64,000 nt of DNA from Candidatus Moraniibacteriota bacterium (GTDB lineage Bacteria; Patescibacteriota; Minisyncoccia; Moranbacterales; UBA2206): positions 87,644 through 151,643 of the forward strand of contig JBAQNU010000024.1 of NCBI GenBank assembly GCA_049304095.1, read 5' to 3'. The position numbers were made by a program, and so were the translations under genes. The notes under the pieces are model-generated. The model was given only the letters and a program-made list of their open reading frames with translations. It did no database searches and was not told the DNA's origin. This document shows, in pieces, positions 37,111 to 46,749 of the stretch. Within the stretch, counting starts at the first letter, position 1, and each line of letters starts with the position of its first letter.

Positions 37111-37202
37111 AATTTAACATAAGACTAGAAATTAGACGTCCACAATGTATCATAAACTAAAACTGCGATTTCTCCAAACTTACTTGATTTTTCCTTGTGA
37201 CA

Positions 37203-38318
37203 CTAGGAGAGAATATAATTTTGTCCGCCGATATTTTTTGTCCAGCCTTTGAGTTCCATCATGGTGAGGACGGAAGTAGTCATGGCAGTTCCAAGATTTG
37301 TTATTTTTCCAATGACATCAATGTGAAGTGGCACTTCAGAAAGCACTCCTAAAATTAGTTCCTCCTCTTTATTTTCAGCGATACGCAATGGCCTTGTTTC
37401 AGTTTTTGCTTGCTGTGAAAAATTCAATTCTTCCAAAATATCCGTAATATTGGTGACTGATTTTGCTCCACTTTTAATGAGATTATTGGTACCAATAGAG
37501 TTCTCGGAAAAAATAGATCCAGGAATGGCAAACACTTCGCGATTATTTTCCAGCGCCATCCTGGCTGTGATAAGTGCCCCACTTCTTTCTCCTGCTTCGA
37601 TAACGAGTGTTCCCAATGACAGCCCGGCAATTAGTCGGTTTCGCGCGGGAAAGGTAAAATTATTAGCTGGAGTCTCTGGCGGATAATCACTCAAAAGTAA
37701 TCCGTCACACGCAATAATTTCATGAGCAAGCGCCAGATTTGCTCGAGGATAGATATTTCTCTCATCAATACTACTGCCTAAAACCGCTAGGGTTTTTCCT
37801 TGGGATTCCAGCGCGCTTTTGTGAGAAATGGCATCAATGCCCAGTGCTAATCCACTAACAATCACAAATCCAGCGGCAACTAAGTCATGCGCGAAACTGG
37901 TGGCCAGTTGTGCGCCATAGGGGGAATTTTTTCGAGAACCGACAATTGCAATGGCGGGATGTGCGTTCAAATCTAGTCGTCCTCTTGTATAGAGTAAATA
38001 GGGAGGATTATGAGCTTCCTTGAGAAGCGTGGGATAGGCGGGATTTTCAAAATCAATCAGCCGAATTTGTTCTCTTTCCAAATTTTTCCACTCCGCATCA
38101 GGGTTGATCCTATCTTTTTCTTGCCAAATTTTTTGGGCTAATTTGTGCCCCTCTAAAGCTGCGTTTAATTGAAAAAGATCAGCGCGCCAAATACTTTCGG
38201 CCGTGCCAAAATAGGCCAGAAGCTTTTTTATTTTTTGTGGCCCGACATTTTCAATTTTATTCAACGCATGAAGATATTTCATTTCAAAAGCATACCATAA
38301 ATAGTGAAAGGTTGACAA
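37203..38318 (-). CDS. dprA: DNA processing protein A (DprA/Smf)
   Basis: Rossmann-like IAIVGSRKNSPYG...GIDAISH motifs; usual smf-topA linkage. Confidence 0.8.
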   Translation of the reverse strand: MSTFHYLWYAFEMKYLHALNKIENVGPQKIKKLLAYFGTAESIWRADLFQLNAALEGHKLAQKIWQEKDRINPDAEWKNLEREQIRLIDFENPAYPTLLKEAHNPPYLLYTRGRLDLNAHPAIAIVGSRKNSPYGAQLATSFAHDLVAAGFVIVSGLALGIDAISHKSALESQGKTLAVLGSSIDERNIYPRANLALAHEIIACDGLLLSDYPPETPANNFTFPARNRLIAGLSLGTLVIEAGERSGALITARMALENNREVFAIPGSIFSENSIGTNNLIKSGAKSVTNITDILEELNFSQQAKTETRPLRIAENKEEELILGVLSEVPLHIDVIGKITNLGTAMTTSVLTMMELKGWTKNIGGQNYILS

Positions 38319-38341
38319 ATTTAGGGGATATGTGATAGTAT
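38312..38341 (+). promoter_or_regulatory. Candidate sigma70-type promoter TTGACA-18 nt-TAGTAT in the dprA-divergent intergenic region
   Basis: Hexamers read off the sequence about 45 nt upstream of ATG 38383. Confidence 0.35.
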
Positions 38342-38382
38342 GTATGGAAGTCTAGTCTAACTATTTTTATCAAACCTAACAA

Positions 38383-39435
38383 ATGGAACTACAACCCAAA
38401 AAAGAAGTGGCCCCGGAAAGAGAATATGAATTTTTTACTGTAGCTATGAATCTGCTCTCTGAGTTGCCTGAGCGAGCACAAAGCATTTTTTGCCAACGTT
38501 TTGGCTTGGCTTCTAGTTTTAAGGTGGAAACACTGGATCAGATTGGTGCAAATCATAAAGTCACGCGAGAGCGCATCCGGCAGATACTCACTTTTCACAA
38601 AAAACAAATCGCGCAAAAATGCGAAGGACCAGAGTTTAAGAAAGCAGAAAAAGAATTACTTTTTACGATTGCAAATAATTATGGTATAGTGAAAGAAGCT
38701 CATGCTATAAGACATCTGAATAAAAAGGAAGCGCTTGCCGAAGAGAATGCTTTGCGCTTTTTGGTTCATTGTTCCAAAAAAATCCAAGCTGTTTTTGAGC
38801 GAACTTTTTTGGAAAAATCTTGGGTGACTTCGCGTGAAGCATTGAATCAAGCGAAAAAGCTGATTGTAGAAGCGGAAAATACTCTAAAAAAAGAAAAACA
38901 ACCGCTGACCGGTGACGCCCTAGCCAAAAAGCTGAGCGCGCAATTTCCTGCTCTTTCCAAAAAAGCTATTTTGAATTTCTTGGAAAGTTCCGCTCAACTC
39001 AAGAGAAATAAATTTGGAAAATGGGGCTTTCATGACTGGTCAGAAATTAATCCAAAGGGTAGTCGAGAAAAAATTTATCTTGTTTTGAAAGAATCAAAAA
39101 AACCTCTGCATTTCACCAAGATCGCCAGCTTGATTGACAAACATGAATTGGGAAAGCGAAAGGCACATCCACAAACCATCCATAATGAACTAATTAAAGA
39201 CAAAAGATTCATTCTAGTTGGTCGAGGTATTTACGCCCTTTCCGAATGGGGTTATTATAGAGGAACAGTGCAAGATGTTATTCGCGACATCCTAACTAAA
39301 AATGGACCAATGGAGCGCAACGTGTTGATTGCCGAGATTCTCAAAATTAGAAAAGTGCAAAAATCAACAATTACGATTAATTTGAACCAAAAAAAATTCT
39401 TTAATCGAGCAGGAGATATCTATAGTTTGAAATAG
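38383..39435 (+). CDS. Putative DNA-binding regulator: N-terminal sigma-70 region-4-like HTH plus C-terminal HARE-HTH-like domain
   Basis: LPERAQSIFCQRFGL...TLDQIGANHKVTRERIRQIL resembles sigma region 4.2. The C-terminal FILVGRGIYALSEWGYY resembles the HARE-HTH/RNAP-delta fold (from memory). Confidence 0.45.
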   Translation: MELQPKKEVAPEREYEFFTVAMNLLSELPERAQSIFCQRFGLASSFKVETLDQIGANHKVTRERIRQILTFHKKQIAQKCEGPEFKKAEKELLFTIANNYGIVKEAHAIRHLNKKEALAEENALRFLVHCSKKIQAVFERTFLEKSWVTSREALNQAKKLIVEAENTLKKEKQPLTGDALAKKLSAQFPALSKKAILNFLESSAQLKRNKFGKWGFHDWSEINPKGSREKIYLVLKESKKPLHFTKIASLIDKHELGKRKAHPQTIHNELIKDKRFILVGRGIYALSEWGYYRGTVQDVIRDILTKNGPMERNVLIAEILKIRKVQKSTITINLNQKKFFNRAGDIYSLK

Positions 39436-39476
39436 TATAAACCAAACAGGCGAGGATAATCCTAAAAAATAAAAAA

Positions 39477-40748
39477 ATGGATAGTCCGATAAATTCTTTT
39501 GAAATATTAAAAACTTTTGGCACAGTTTTCTATCATGCTTGGTGGATTGTTTTAGTTTGGCCATTTTGGTATATTTTCAGTGATATATGGGGAGAATATG
39601 TTGCAATCTACGCTGACAACTCATTTTATAGCAAATACAAATGGACGATGCTGGAAATCATTCCGCCTCGTGACATTGAACGCGGTCCTAAGCCGATGGA
39701 AAATATTTTTGCTGGCTTGACTGGTGTTTGGTCAACTCGTAATCCTTTTGATTCGCATATTACTGGAGCCTATCGGCAAGATCCGTTTAGTTTTGAATTG
39801 GTCGGCGAAGAAGGTCGCGTACATTTCTATATTCGCACCCTAAAAGGTCGGCGCAATATGCTGGAAGCGCAAATTTATGCCCAATTTCCCGGAGCGCAAA
39901 TTATTGAAGTAGAGGATTACTATAATAAATTCCCAAAAATTGTACCCAATCGTGATTGGGATCTCTGGGGATCGGATTTTGATTTTGTGCAAAAAGACCC
40001 CTATTACCCGATCAAAACTTATGATCAATTTGAAGAGAGCATTACGGGTGAAATGATTGATCCAATGGCGGCGATTGTGGAGCAACTGGGAACACTTGGC
40101 CCGGGGCAACACATCTGGCTCCAATATATGACTGTTATGATTAGTGAGCCTGAGTCTTTTAAGGCTGGAAAGGCCTTGATAGACAAATTAAAAGGCAAAG
40201 AAGCGCCTGTAGCGATGGGTCTTTTTGGACATCTTCTCGATGTGTTTAAAAATATCCTCCCAGCTCTTTCTGCGCCAGTGGAATTCAAGACTTCTTCTAA
40301 AAAAGAAGACGCACCACTTGACACGCGCCTTTCGCCAATGGAACGAGAAGTCTTGAAATCTGTCGAAGAAAATGCGGGAAAGAATTTCTTCAAAACCAAG
40401 ATGCGCATGATCTACATTGGAAGAAAGGATGGTTTTGATCGAGGATATGTTGGTGGTTTTATTGGTGCGATCAAGCAATTTAATGATTCTCATTTTAATG
40501 GAGTGAAGCCGGAAGCGGTGAGTAAAACTGTGGGAACAATTTTTTTCACAAAGCAAAGAGCGGACTTTCGCAAGCGCAAAATTTATGATCGCTACAGAAG
40601 GCGCAATATGGATGGCTACAACTTGATACTTTCTGCAAAAGAACTGGCCACAATGTATCATTTTCCAGATATGATGGTAAAATCACCCTCTCTCACTCAG
40701 ATCACGTCTAAGGTGGGGGTTGCTCCAGCTAATTTGCCAGTGGAATAA
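39477..40748 (+). CDS. Hypothetical protein with one N-terminal TM helix and a ~390-aa soluble domain
   Basis: ORF only; FGTVFYHAWWIVLVWPFWYIF TM segment; no recognised motif. Confidence 0.4.
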   Translation: MDSPINSFEILKTFGTVFYHAWWIVLVWPFWYIFSDIWGEYVAIYADNSFYSKYKWTMLEIIPPRDIERGPKPMENIFAGLTGVWSTRNPFDSHITGAYRQDPFSFELVGEEGRVHFYIRTLKGRRNMLEAQIYAQFPGAQIIEVEDYYNKFPKIVPNRDWDLWGSDFDFVQKDPYYPIKTYDQFEESITGEMIDPMAAIVEQLGTLGPGQHIWLQYMTVMISEPESFKAGKALIDKLKGKEAPVAMGLFGHLLDVFKNILPALSAPVEFKTSSKKEDAPLDTRLSPMEREVLKSVEENAGKNFFKTKMRMIYIGRKDGFDRGYVGGFIGAIKQFNDSHFNGVKPEAVSKTVGTIFFTKQRADFRKRKIYDRYRRRNMDGYNLILSAKELATMYHFPDMMVKSPSLTQITSKVGVAPANLPVE

Positions 40749-40762
40749 AATCGAAACAACAT

Positions 40763-42601
40763 ATGAGTGAAATCAATTTTTTCGCCAAAACCAATTTTCG
40801 CAATCAAGAACGGATTTTCGGTATCAAAGAAGATGACCGGAGACGCCACATGTATATCATTGGAAAAACTGGCATGGGCAAATCCAGTCTCTTGGAAAAT
40901 ATGGCCATTCAGGATATTCGAAATGGTAAAGGTCTTTGCGTGGTTGATCCGCACGGAGAATTCGCGGAAAAGATGCTTCGCGCCATTCCCAAAAATCGCA
41001 TCAATGATGTGGTCTATTTCAATCCGTCTGATGTGGAATTTCCAGTGGCTTTCAATATCCTGGAAGCAGTTGATCCAGATAAGAAAAATTTAGTGGCATC
41101 AGGTCTCATGGGAGTATTTAAAAAGATTTGGCCAGATGTATGGAGCTCGCGCATGGAATATATTCTCAATAACGCTATTTTGGCTCTTCTCGATTATCCT
41201 GGCTCAACCCTTTTAGGGGTAAATCGCATGATGTCAGATGGAAATTTTCGCAAAAGAATCTACACAAAAATTACCGACCCCGTTGTGAAAGCTTTTTGGA
41301 TTAATGAGTTTGACAAATGGGATGACAAATTTAGGAAAGAAGCGGTAGCGGCGATTCAAAACAAGGTAGGACAATTTCTATCCTACACGCTTGTGCGACA
41401 CATCATCGGCCAACCCAAGTCTACAATCGATATGCGCGAGATAATGGACAATCAAAAAATTCTAATTGTCAATCTTTCCAAAGGAAAAATCGGTGAAGAT
41501 GCAATGCGACTGCTTGGCGGAATGATTATCACCAAAATTCAATTGGCCGCAATGAGTCGCGTGGATATTCCCGAAGACGAGCGCAAAGATTTCTATCTCT
41601 ATGTCGATGAATTCCAAAATTTTGCCACAGAAAGCTTTGCCAACATTCTCTCGGAAGCGAGAAAGTATCGCCTCGCTCTTATTTTAGCCCATCAGTATAT
41701 CAACCAACTGATTTTTGATGGCAATGCCACAGTGAAAGACGCTATTTTTGGCAACGTGGGAACGATGCTTACTTTTCGAGTTGGCGCGGAAGACGCGGAG
41801 GCACTAGAAAAAGAATTTGATCCAGTCTTTCTCATGAATGATATTGTTAATTTGTCAAAATATGATATCTATTTGAAACTGATGATTGATGGAATCGCTG
41901 GTGACGCTTTTTCAGCCAGGACTCTTCCTCCAGTCGATCTTTCCGAGACAGCCGCTAACACAGAAAAAGTGATTGCCATCTCTCGTGAACGCTATGGAAA
42001 ATCAAGTGTTGAGGTGGCGGAAAAAATTTCCCGCTGGAGTGGGATGGATTGTTTCGAAGAGGGAACAAATAATGTTCAAAAGATAACCTTGAGTGAACAA
42101 AAAACAACTCCAGTTGCCAGACAAGAAATAACCAGAGAAAGACAAGTAGTAGAAAGTATTACCCCTAAATCAGAAGAAAGCAAATTGGTCGCAATGACTC
42201 CGCCAACAAAACCACAGACTGATCTATTTGAAGCCACTTGCTATACTTGTGAAGAAAAAATTACTGTACCCTTTAAACCTGACCCCAGTCGAAAAACTTT
42301 TTGCAAAGAATGTCTCAAGGAATACCAAAGAATGAAAGCGAAGGTTGCACCGCCTATTGAAAACATCAAAAAGCCATTATCCAATTCCACGCCTGCCCTA
42401 GGAGCAGAAAAGACGGAACGAGTGCCTAGTCGAGAAGCGCAAGCCTTTCAATCGCCAGGACATGTGTCAAGTGAAAAAACAATTAGTCTCAATCAGATTA
42501 GCAATATTGCCCCAAAAAAATTTACTGCTCAAAAAAAGAATCTCAATCTTGACTCGGATGGGATTAGGGCGCTAATTAATAAAACCAAGGTTGCGCAATA
42601 A
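40763..42601 (+). CDS. FtsK/HerA-superfamily P-loop ATPase (DUF87/AAA_10-like) with C-terminal CxxC...CxxC zinc ribbon
   Basis: Walker A IIGKTGMGKS at residues ~33-40, followed ~20 aa later by VVDPHGEF, Walker B FYLYVDEFQNF, ARKYRLALILAHQ. C-terminal CYTCEEK...FCKECLKEY. Confidence 0.6.
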   Translation: MSEINFFAKTNFRNQERIFGIKEDDRRRHMYIIGKTGMGKSSLLENMAIQDIRNGKGLCVVDPHGEFAEKMLRAIPKNRINDVVYFNPSDVEFPVAFNILEAVDPDKKNLVASGLMGVFKKIWPDVWSSRMEYILNNAILALLDYPGSTLLGVNRMMSDGNFRKRIYTKITDPVVKAFWINEFDKWDDKFRKEAVAAIQNKVGQFLSYTLVRHIIGQPKSTIDMREIMDNQKILIVNLSKGKIGEDAMRLLGGMIITKIQLAAMSRVDIPEDERKDFYLYVDEFQNFATESFANILSEARKYRLALILAHQYINQLIFDGNATVKDAIFGNVGTMLTFRVGAEDAEALEKEFDPVFLMNDIVNLSKYDIYLKLMIDGIAGDAFSARTLPPVDLSETAANTEKVIAISRERYGKSSVEVAEKISRWSGMDCFEEGTNNVQKITLSEQKTTPVARQEITRERQVVESITPKSEESKLVAMTPPTKPQTDLFEATCYTCEEKITVPFKPDPSRKTFCKECLKEYQRMKAKVAPPIENIKKPLSNSTPALGAEKTERVPSREAQAFQSPGHVSSEKTISLNQISNIAPKKFTAQKKNLNLDSDGIRALINKTKVAQ

Positions 42602-42603
42602 AA

Positions 42604-42771
42604 ATGGATAAATTCAATCTGGACCAAAAAATTTCCAGCTATCTAGCTTTTTGCTTTATTCTAATCCTAAGTTTTGTTGTGGCCTGGAAAGCGCTATCAG
42701 TGGGAAACACAATTATTGAAAATGCCCCAAATTCAAACGCTTTCAATCCAATGAAAGACGCACTGAAATAA
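42604..42771 (+). CDS. Candidate 55-aa single-TM small protein (MDKFNLDQKISSYLAFCFILILSFVVAWKAL...), not in the ORF track because it is under 60 aa
   Basis: ATG 3 nt after the ATPase stop and ends 4 nt before mnmA; one hydrophobic helix. Confidence 0.3.
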   Translation: MDKFNLDQKISSYLAFCFILILSFVVAWKALSVGNTIIENAPNSNAFNPMKDALK

Positions 42772-42775
42772 GCCT

Positions 42776-43855
42776 ATGCAAAAAAACGATTCTGTTTCTG
42801 AGAAAAAAGTATTAGTGGGGATTTCTGGCGGAGTTGACTCTGCTGTGACTCTCGCACTTCTCAAAAATGCTAATTATGCCGTGGAAGCGGTTTTTTTGCG
42901 TCTGGCAGACACTTCTCAAAAGGCCAAAGAATCACTCCAAGACGCTAAAAAAATCTGCCAACTATTGGCTGTGCCACTGCACATTAAAGATGCGCGCGCT
43001 GTTTTTGAAAAAACAGTAATTAAATATTTTCTGGCTGAATATGCCAAGGGCAACACGCCCAACCCTTGCGTTTTTTGCAATGAACAAATCAAATTTAAAC
43101 TACTATTAGAAATCGCTAAAAAATTAGAGTTTGATTTTGTAGCAACTGGACACTACGCTCGTATAAAAAAAGTAACAGATGGCGTGGAAATAAAATATAA
43201 ACTTGTAGCAGCAAAAGATGAAAAAAAAGATCAAAGCTATTTTCTGTATCGCTTAAAACAAGAGCAATTGGCGAAAATTATTTTTCCGCTAGGTGATTAT
43301 CAAAAAGACGATGTGCGTGAATTAGCAAAAAAATTCAATTTACCCGTTTTCAATAAACTTGATTCGCAAGATGTTTGTTTTATGCAAAATAATAAGCTAG
43401 AGGAATTTTTGCGGAAAAAAATAAAACTGATCAGGGGCAAAATTGTCGATACGAAAAATAAAATTATTGGTGAGCACAAGGGCCTCGCACTCTATACAAT
43501 TGGTCAACGCAAGGGAATTGAGATTGGTGGTAGTGGGCCATATTTCGTAGTCGCTAAAAATTTGAAAAAAAATCAACTTATTGTGACCAATAATCCAGCG
43601 CATCCGGCACTTTCTCTGAAAAAAATAAACCTCAAAAAACTTTCTTGGACCAACGCTTGTCCCAGACTACCATTGGCCGTTCTCGTGCGGACGCGCTACC
43701 ATAATTTTTTGGAATCTGCTATAATTAAAACCGATAAGGCAAAAAAGACTTATTGGCTAGAACTTAGAAAACCCCAAAAAGCTGTCGCCCCTGGACAGTC
43801 CGCCGTATTCTACACAAAAAACGGGGAAATCTTGGGTGGAGGAATAATCAAATAG
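42776..43855 (+). CDS. mnmA: tRNA-specific 2-thiouridylase MnmA
   Basis: PP-loop VLVGISGGVDSAV and catalytic Cys residues. Confidence 0.85.
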   Translation: MQKNDSVSEKKVLVGISGGVDSAVTLALLKNANYAVEAVFLRLADTSQKAKESLQDAKKICQLLAVPLHIKDARAVFEKTVIKYFLAEYAKGNTPNPCVFCNEQIKFKLLLEIAKKLEFDFVATGHYARIKKVTDGVEIKYKLVAAKDEKKDQSYFLYRLKQEQLAKIIFPLGDYQKDDVRELAKKFNLPVFNKLDSQDVCFMQNNKLEEFLRKKIKLIRGKIVDTKNKIIGEHKGLALYTIGQRKGIEIGGSGPYFVVAKNLKKNQLIVTNNPAHPALSLKKINLKKLSWTNACPRLPLAVLVRTRYHNFLESAIIKTDKAKKTYWLELRKPQKAVAPGQSAVFYTKNGEILGGGIIK

Positions 43856-43883
43856 GCTTATATCAACCTAATGTAATAGCATT

Positions 43884-44315
43884 ATGAAAACTAAATTAAA
43901 AAAAATGGATAAAAAAACAGAGGAGCTATTTAAAGCCAGTAGCGTGGCGGTTCTTTTGGAAAATATGAACGACAATATTAAAATTCTCGCGGAAGGACAA
44001 CTGAGTTTGCGAGAAGAAATGCACAGAAATACTGACGACCTGCGAGGAGAAATAAGCGATTTGCGAGGAGAGATGCGCGGAGCAATAAATAATCTACGAG
44101 GAGAGATGAAGGAGATGAGAGGGGGTTTCGATTTACTCATGGAATACGTGAAGCGCATTGATGAAGAAGTGACTAGCATCAGAAAAGAATTCGAAGGCGT
44201 GAAAGAAAAAAAGGTTGATTGGAGTATTTATTCCGCCTTGGAAAAACAAATGAACGTGGCCGAAATTCAGATAGAAAAAATGAAAGTCTTGCTTAAGTTA
44301 AAAAATAGTAACTAA
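43884..44315 (+). CDS. Hypothetical coiled-coil protein with tandem (D/N)LRGE(I/M) repeats
   Basis: DLRGEISDLRGEMRGAINNLRGEMKEMRGG; encoded by imperfect ~24-nt tandem DNA repeats at about 44040-44125. Confidence 0.4.
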   Translation: MKTKLKKMDKKTEELFKASSVAVLLENMNDNIKILAEGQLSLREEMHRNTDDLRGEISDLRGEMRGAINNLRGEMKEMRGGFDLLMEYVKRIDEEVTSIRKEFEGVKEKKVDWSIYSALEKQMNVAEIQIEKMKVLLKLKNSN

Positions 44316-44316
44316 T

Positions 44317-44619
44317 ATGTATATTCGAAACGCAACAAGCACGAGCACCGATGACACTGAGGACAAGCAAAAAAAAGCGGAAATTGAAAGCAAAAAAAGA
44401 CGCATTCAGATGGAGATTTTGATTATGGAGGGCGATTTACGGAAAATAAATACCGACAAAATTTCTGCTGACAATGACATTCGTAAATTAACTCGTGACG
44501 CTGAGCGCATTCGCATCAATTTGGACGAAAAAAAACGCCATCTGGCAAAACTGATGCAAGACGCCAGAACGACTGAAGACGAATTGCGCACCCTCCGCAA
44601 AAAACTTAATTTGTTATAA
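44317..44619 (+). CDS. Hypothetical 100-aa coiled-coil protein
   Basis: Charged heptad-rich ORF. Confidence 0.35.
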   Translation: MYIRNATSTSTDDTEDKQKKAEIESKKRRIQMEILIMEGDLRKINTDKISADNDIRKLTRDAERIRINLDEKKRHLAKLMQDARTTEDELRTLRKKLNLL

Positions 44620-44638
44620 TTTTTAAAATTAAAATTGT

Positions 44639-44863
44639 ATGTTGTCAAATTTCAAAGGCATCGTAGAAGATATTGCTAAAACTAAAGATAAAATAGATGC
44701 GTATGACTGGGAGAAGAAAACTGAATATATCGAAGAGGATTTAAATAATGGCAAGATAGATCTATCAACAGCATTGGAAACATTAAAGGATACTTTCAAG
44801 TCTGAATTAAGTGCTGATGACTATAGGAAGATAGAAAAAGAGGTGGGGTATAATGTTAAGTAA
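44639..44863 (+). CDS. Hypothetical 74-aa acidic protein
   Basis: ORF only. Confidence 0.3.
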   Translation: MLSNFKGIVEDIAKTKDKIDAYDWEKKTEYIEEDLNNGKIDLSTALETLKDTFKSELSADDYRKIEKEVGYNVK

Positions 44864-44869
44864 AATTTT

Positions 44870-46690
44870 ATGATTACCGCGAAAGATCTCCGACAAAAAT
44901 ATCTCGATTTTTTCAAAAGCAAAGGACATGCTGTCATCCCTTCTGCGCCACTGGTGCCGGAAAATGATCCGACGACGCTCTTTATTAATTCCGGCATGCA
45001 TCCGCTGGTGCCATATTTGATGGGCGAAAAGCATCCACTGGGAAAAAGACTAACTGATGCGCAAAAATGTATCCGCACGGGGGACATTGATGAGGTGGGG
45101 GACACGACTCATCATACTTTTTTTGAAATGCTGGGAAATTGGTCGCTTGGTGATTATTTCAAAAAAGACGCACTGGAGTGGAGTTGGGAATTTCTAACTT
45201 CGCCAGAATGGTTGGGCCTTGATAAAAAAAGAATCGCTTGCTCGGTTTTCGAAGGAGATGAGGACGCGACTTTTGACGACGAAGCGCACAAGATTTGGCT
45301 CGAGATCGGAATGCCAGAAAAAAAGATTGCCAAATTGCCTAAGAAAAACAATTGGTGGGGGCCAGCTGGAGTGACAGGCCCGTGCGGACCAGACAGTGAA
45401 ATGTTCTATTGGGTGGGCGAAGAAGACAGCGTGCCAGATAGCTTTAATGATGATAATGCTTTGTGGATAGAAATCTGGAATGATGTTTTTATGGAGTTTA
45501 ATAAAAACGAAAAAGGAGAATATGGAAAACTAGCCGCGCAAAATGTGGACACAGGCATGGGGCTGGAGCGAGTTTTGGCGGCGCTAAATGGACAAAGCGA
45601 TAATTATCGCACAGAACTTTTTTGGCCATTGATTCAAAAAATAGAGGAATTGTCAGGAAAAAAATATGCCGAAAGTGATGGCATAAAAAAAGCCATGCGA
45701 ATTATTTCTGATCACATTAAAGCCGCCGCTTTTATTATTGCTGACGGCGTAGAGCCATCCAACACAGAAAGGGGCTATATTCTGCGTCGTCTTATTCGTC
45801 GTGCGATTCGACAAGGACATCTTTTGGGAATTAATAAAAATTTTACAACTGAAATTGTGAAAGTTGTGCAAAATATTTATGGCGAAATTTATCCGGAAAT
45901 TTTGCAAAACAAAATTTTAGTTGAATTGGAAAAAGAAGAAGAAAAGTTCAGAAAAACGCTAGAAAATGGGCTAAAAGAATTAAAAAGAATTATTGATAGT
46001 AGAATCAAGGGATTTGATCCTGCTGGTTCGAATAAATTTATTGATTGTAAAATAAGAGTCAATGGAAGAGATATTTTTAATGTTTATCAAACATATGGTT
46101 TCCCGCCGGAGCTTTCCCAAGAGGTGGTTTCGGATTGGGGGATTGCATTTGATGAAGAAACAATGAATGAATGTAAGAGAGAATTTGAAAAACATCAAGA
46201 ACTCTCTCGCACAGCTTCCGCCGGAATGTTTAAGGGTGGGCTTTCAGACACAAAAGAAAAAACAACCGAGCTACATACTGTGGCGCATTTGATGCTGGCG
46301 GGACTGCGCAAAGTGCTTGGAGAAAATGTGCATCAAAAAGGATCAAACATTAATGGCGAACGCATTCGTTTTGATTTTTCGCATCCGGACAAAATGACTG
46401 ACGAACAGAAAAAAGCTGTGGAGGATTTTGTGAATAAGGCAATTGAATCAAAAACAGAAGTAGCAATGGAAGAAATGACTCCAGATGAAGCGAAAAATGC
46501 CGGAGCAGAAGGGGAGTTTGGGCATAAATATGGTGATCGGGTCAAGGTCTATTCTATTGGAGAATATTCCAAAGAAATTTGTGGCGGACCACATATTAGC
46601 AATACTTCCGAGATCCAGGGAAAGTTTAAGATTCAAAAAGAAGAAAGCTCTTCGGCTGGTGTGCGGAGGATTAAAGCGGTGCTGATTTGA
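44870..46690 (+). CDS. alaS: Alanine--tRNA ligase, truncated form (catalytic plus editing domains, no C-Ala domain)
   Basis: Class II AlaRS N-terminus (FFKSKGH..., GDIDEVGDTTHHTFFEMLGNWSLGDYFK) and editing-domain HxxxH ... GGPH. Confidence 0.85.
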   Translation: MITAKDLRQKYLDFFKSKGHAVIPSAPLVPENDPTTLFINSGMHPLVPYLMGEKHPLGKRLTDAQKCIRTGDIDEVGDTTHHTFFEMLGNWSLGDYFKKDALEWSWEFLTSPEWLGLDKKRIACSVFEGDEDATFDDEAHKIWLEIGMPEKKIAKLPKKNNWWGPAGVTGPCGPDSEMFYWVGEEDSVPDSFNDDNALWIEIWNDVFMEFNKNEKGEYGKLAAQNVDTGMGLERVLAALNGQSDNYRTELFWPLIQKIEELSGKKYAESDGIKKAMRIISDHIKAAAFIIADGVEPSNTERGYILRRLIRRAIRQGHLLGINKNFTTEIVKVVQNIYGEIYPEILQNKILVELEKEEEKFRKTLENGLKELKRIIDSRIKGFDPAGSNKFIDCKIRVNGRDIFNVYQTYGFPPELSQEVVSDWGIAFDEETMNECKREFEKHQELSRTASAGMFKGGLSDTKEKTTELHTVAHLMLAGLRKVLGENVHQKGSNINGERIRFDFSHPDKMTDEQKKAVEDFVNKAIESKTEVAMEEMTPDEAKNAGAEGEFGHKYGDRVKVYSIGEYSKEICGGPHISNTSEIQGKFKIQKEESSSAGVRRIKAVLI

Positions 46691-46727
46691 CAAAAAATCA
46701 AATCCGCTCTATACTATAAATATTAAA

Positions 46728-46749
46728 AAAAGCCCCCGAAAGGGCTTTT
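46728..46749. terminator. Bidirectional-type terminator hairpin aaaagccc-ccgaaa-gggctttt between alaS and secE
   Basis: 8-bp stem flanked by an A-run and a T-run. Preceded by promoter-like TTGACA (46687-46692, overlapping the alaS stop), 17-nt spacer, TATACT (46710-46715). Confidence 0.5.

Noticed and set aside
44040-44125. Tandem ~24-nt repeats as a minisatellite or CRISPR-like array
   Set aside because: They lie within, and in frame with, a coiled-coil ORF (LRGE repeats). They are coding tandem repeats, not an independent array.
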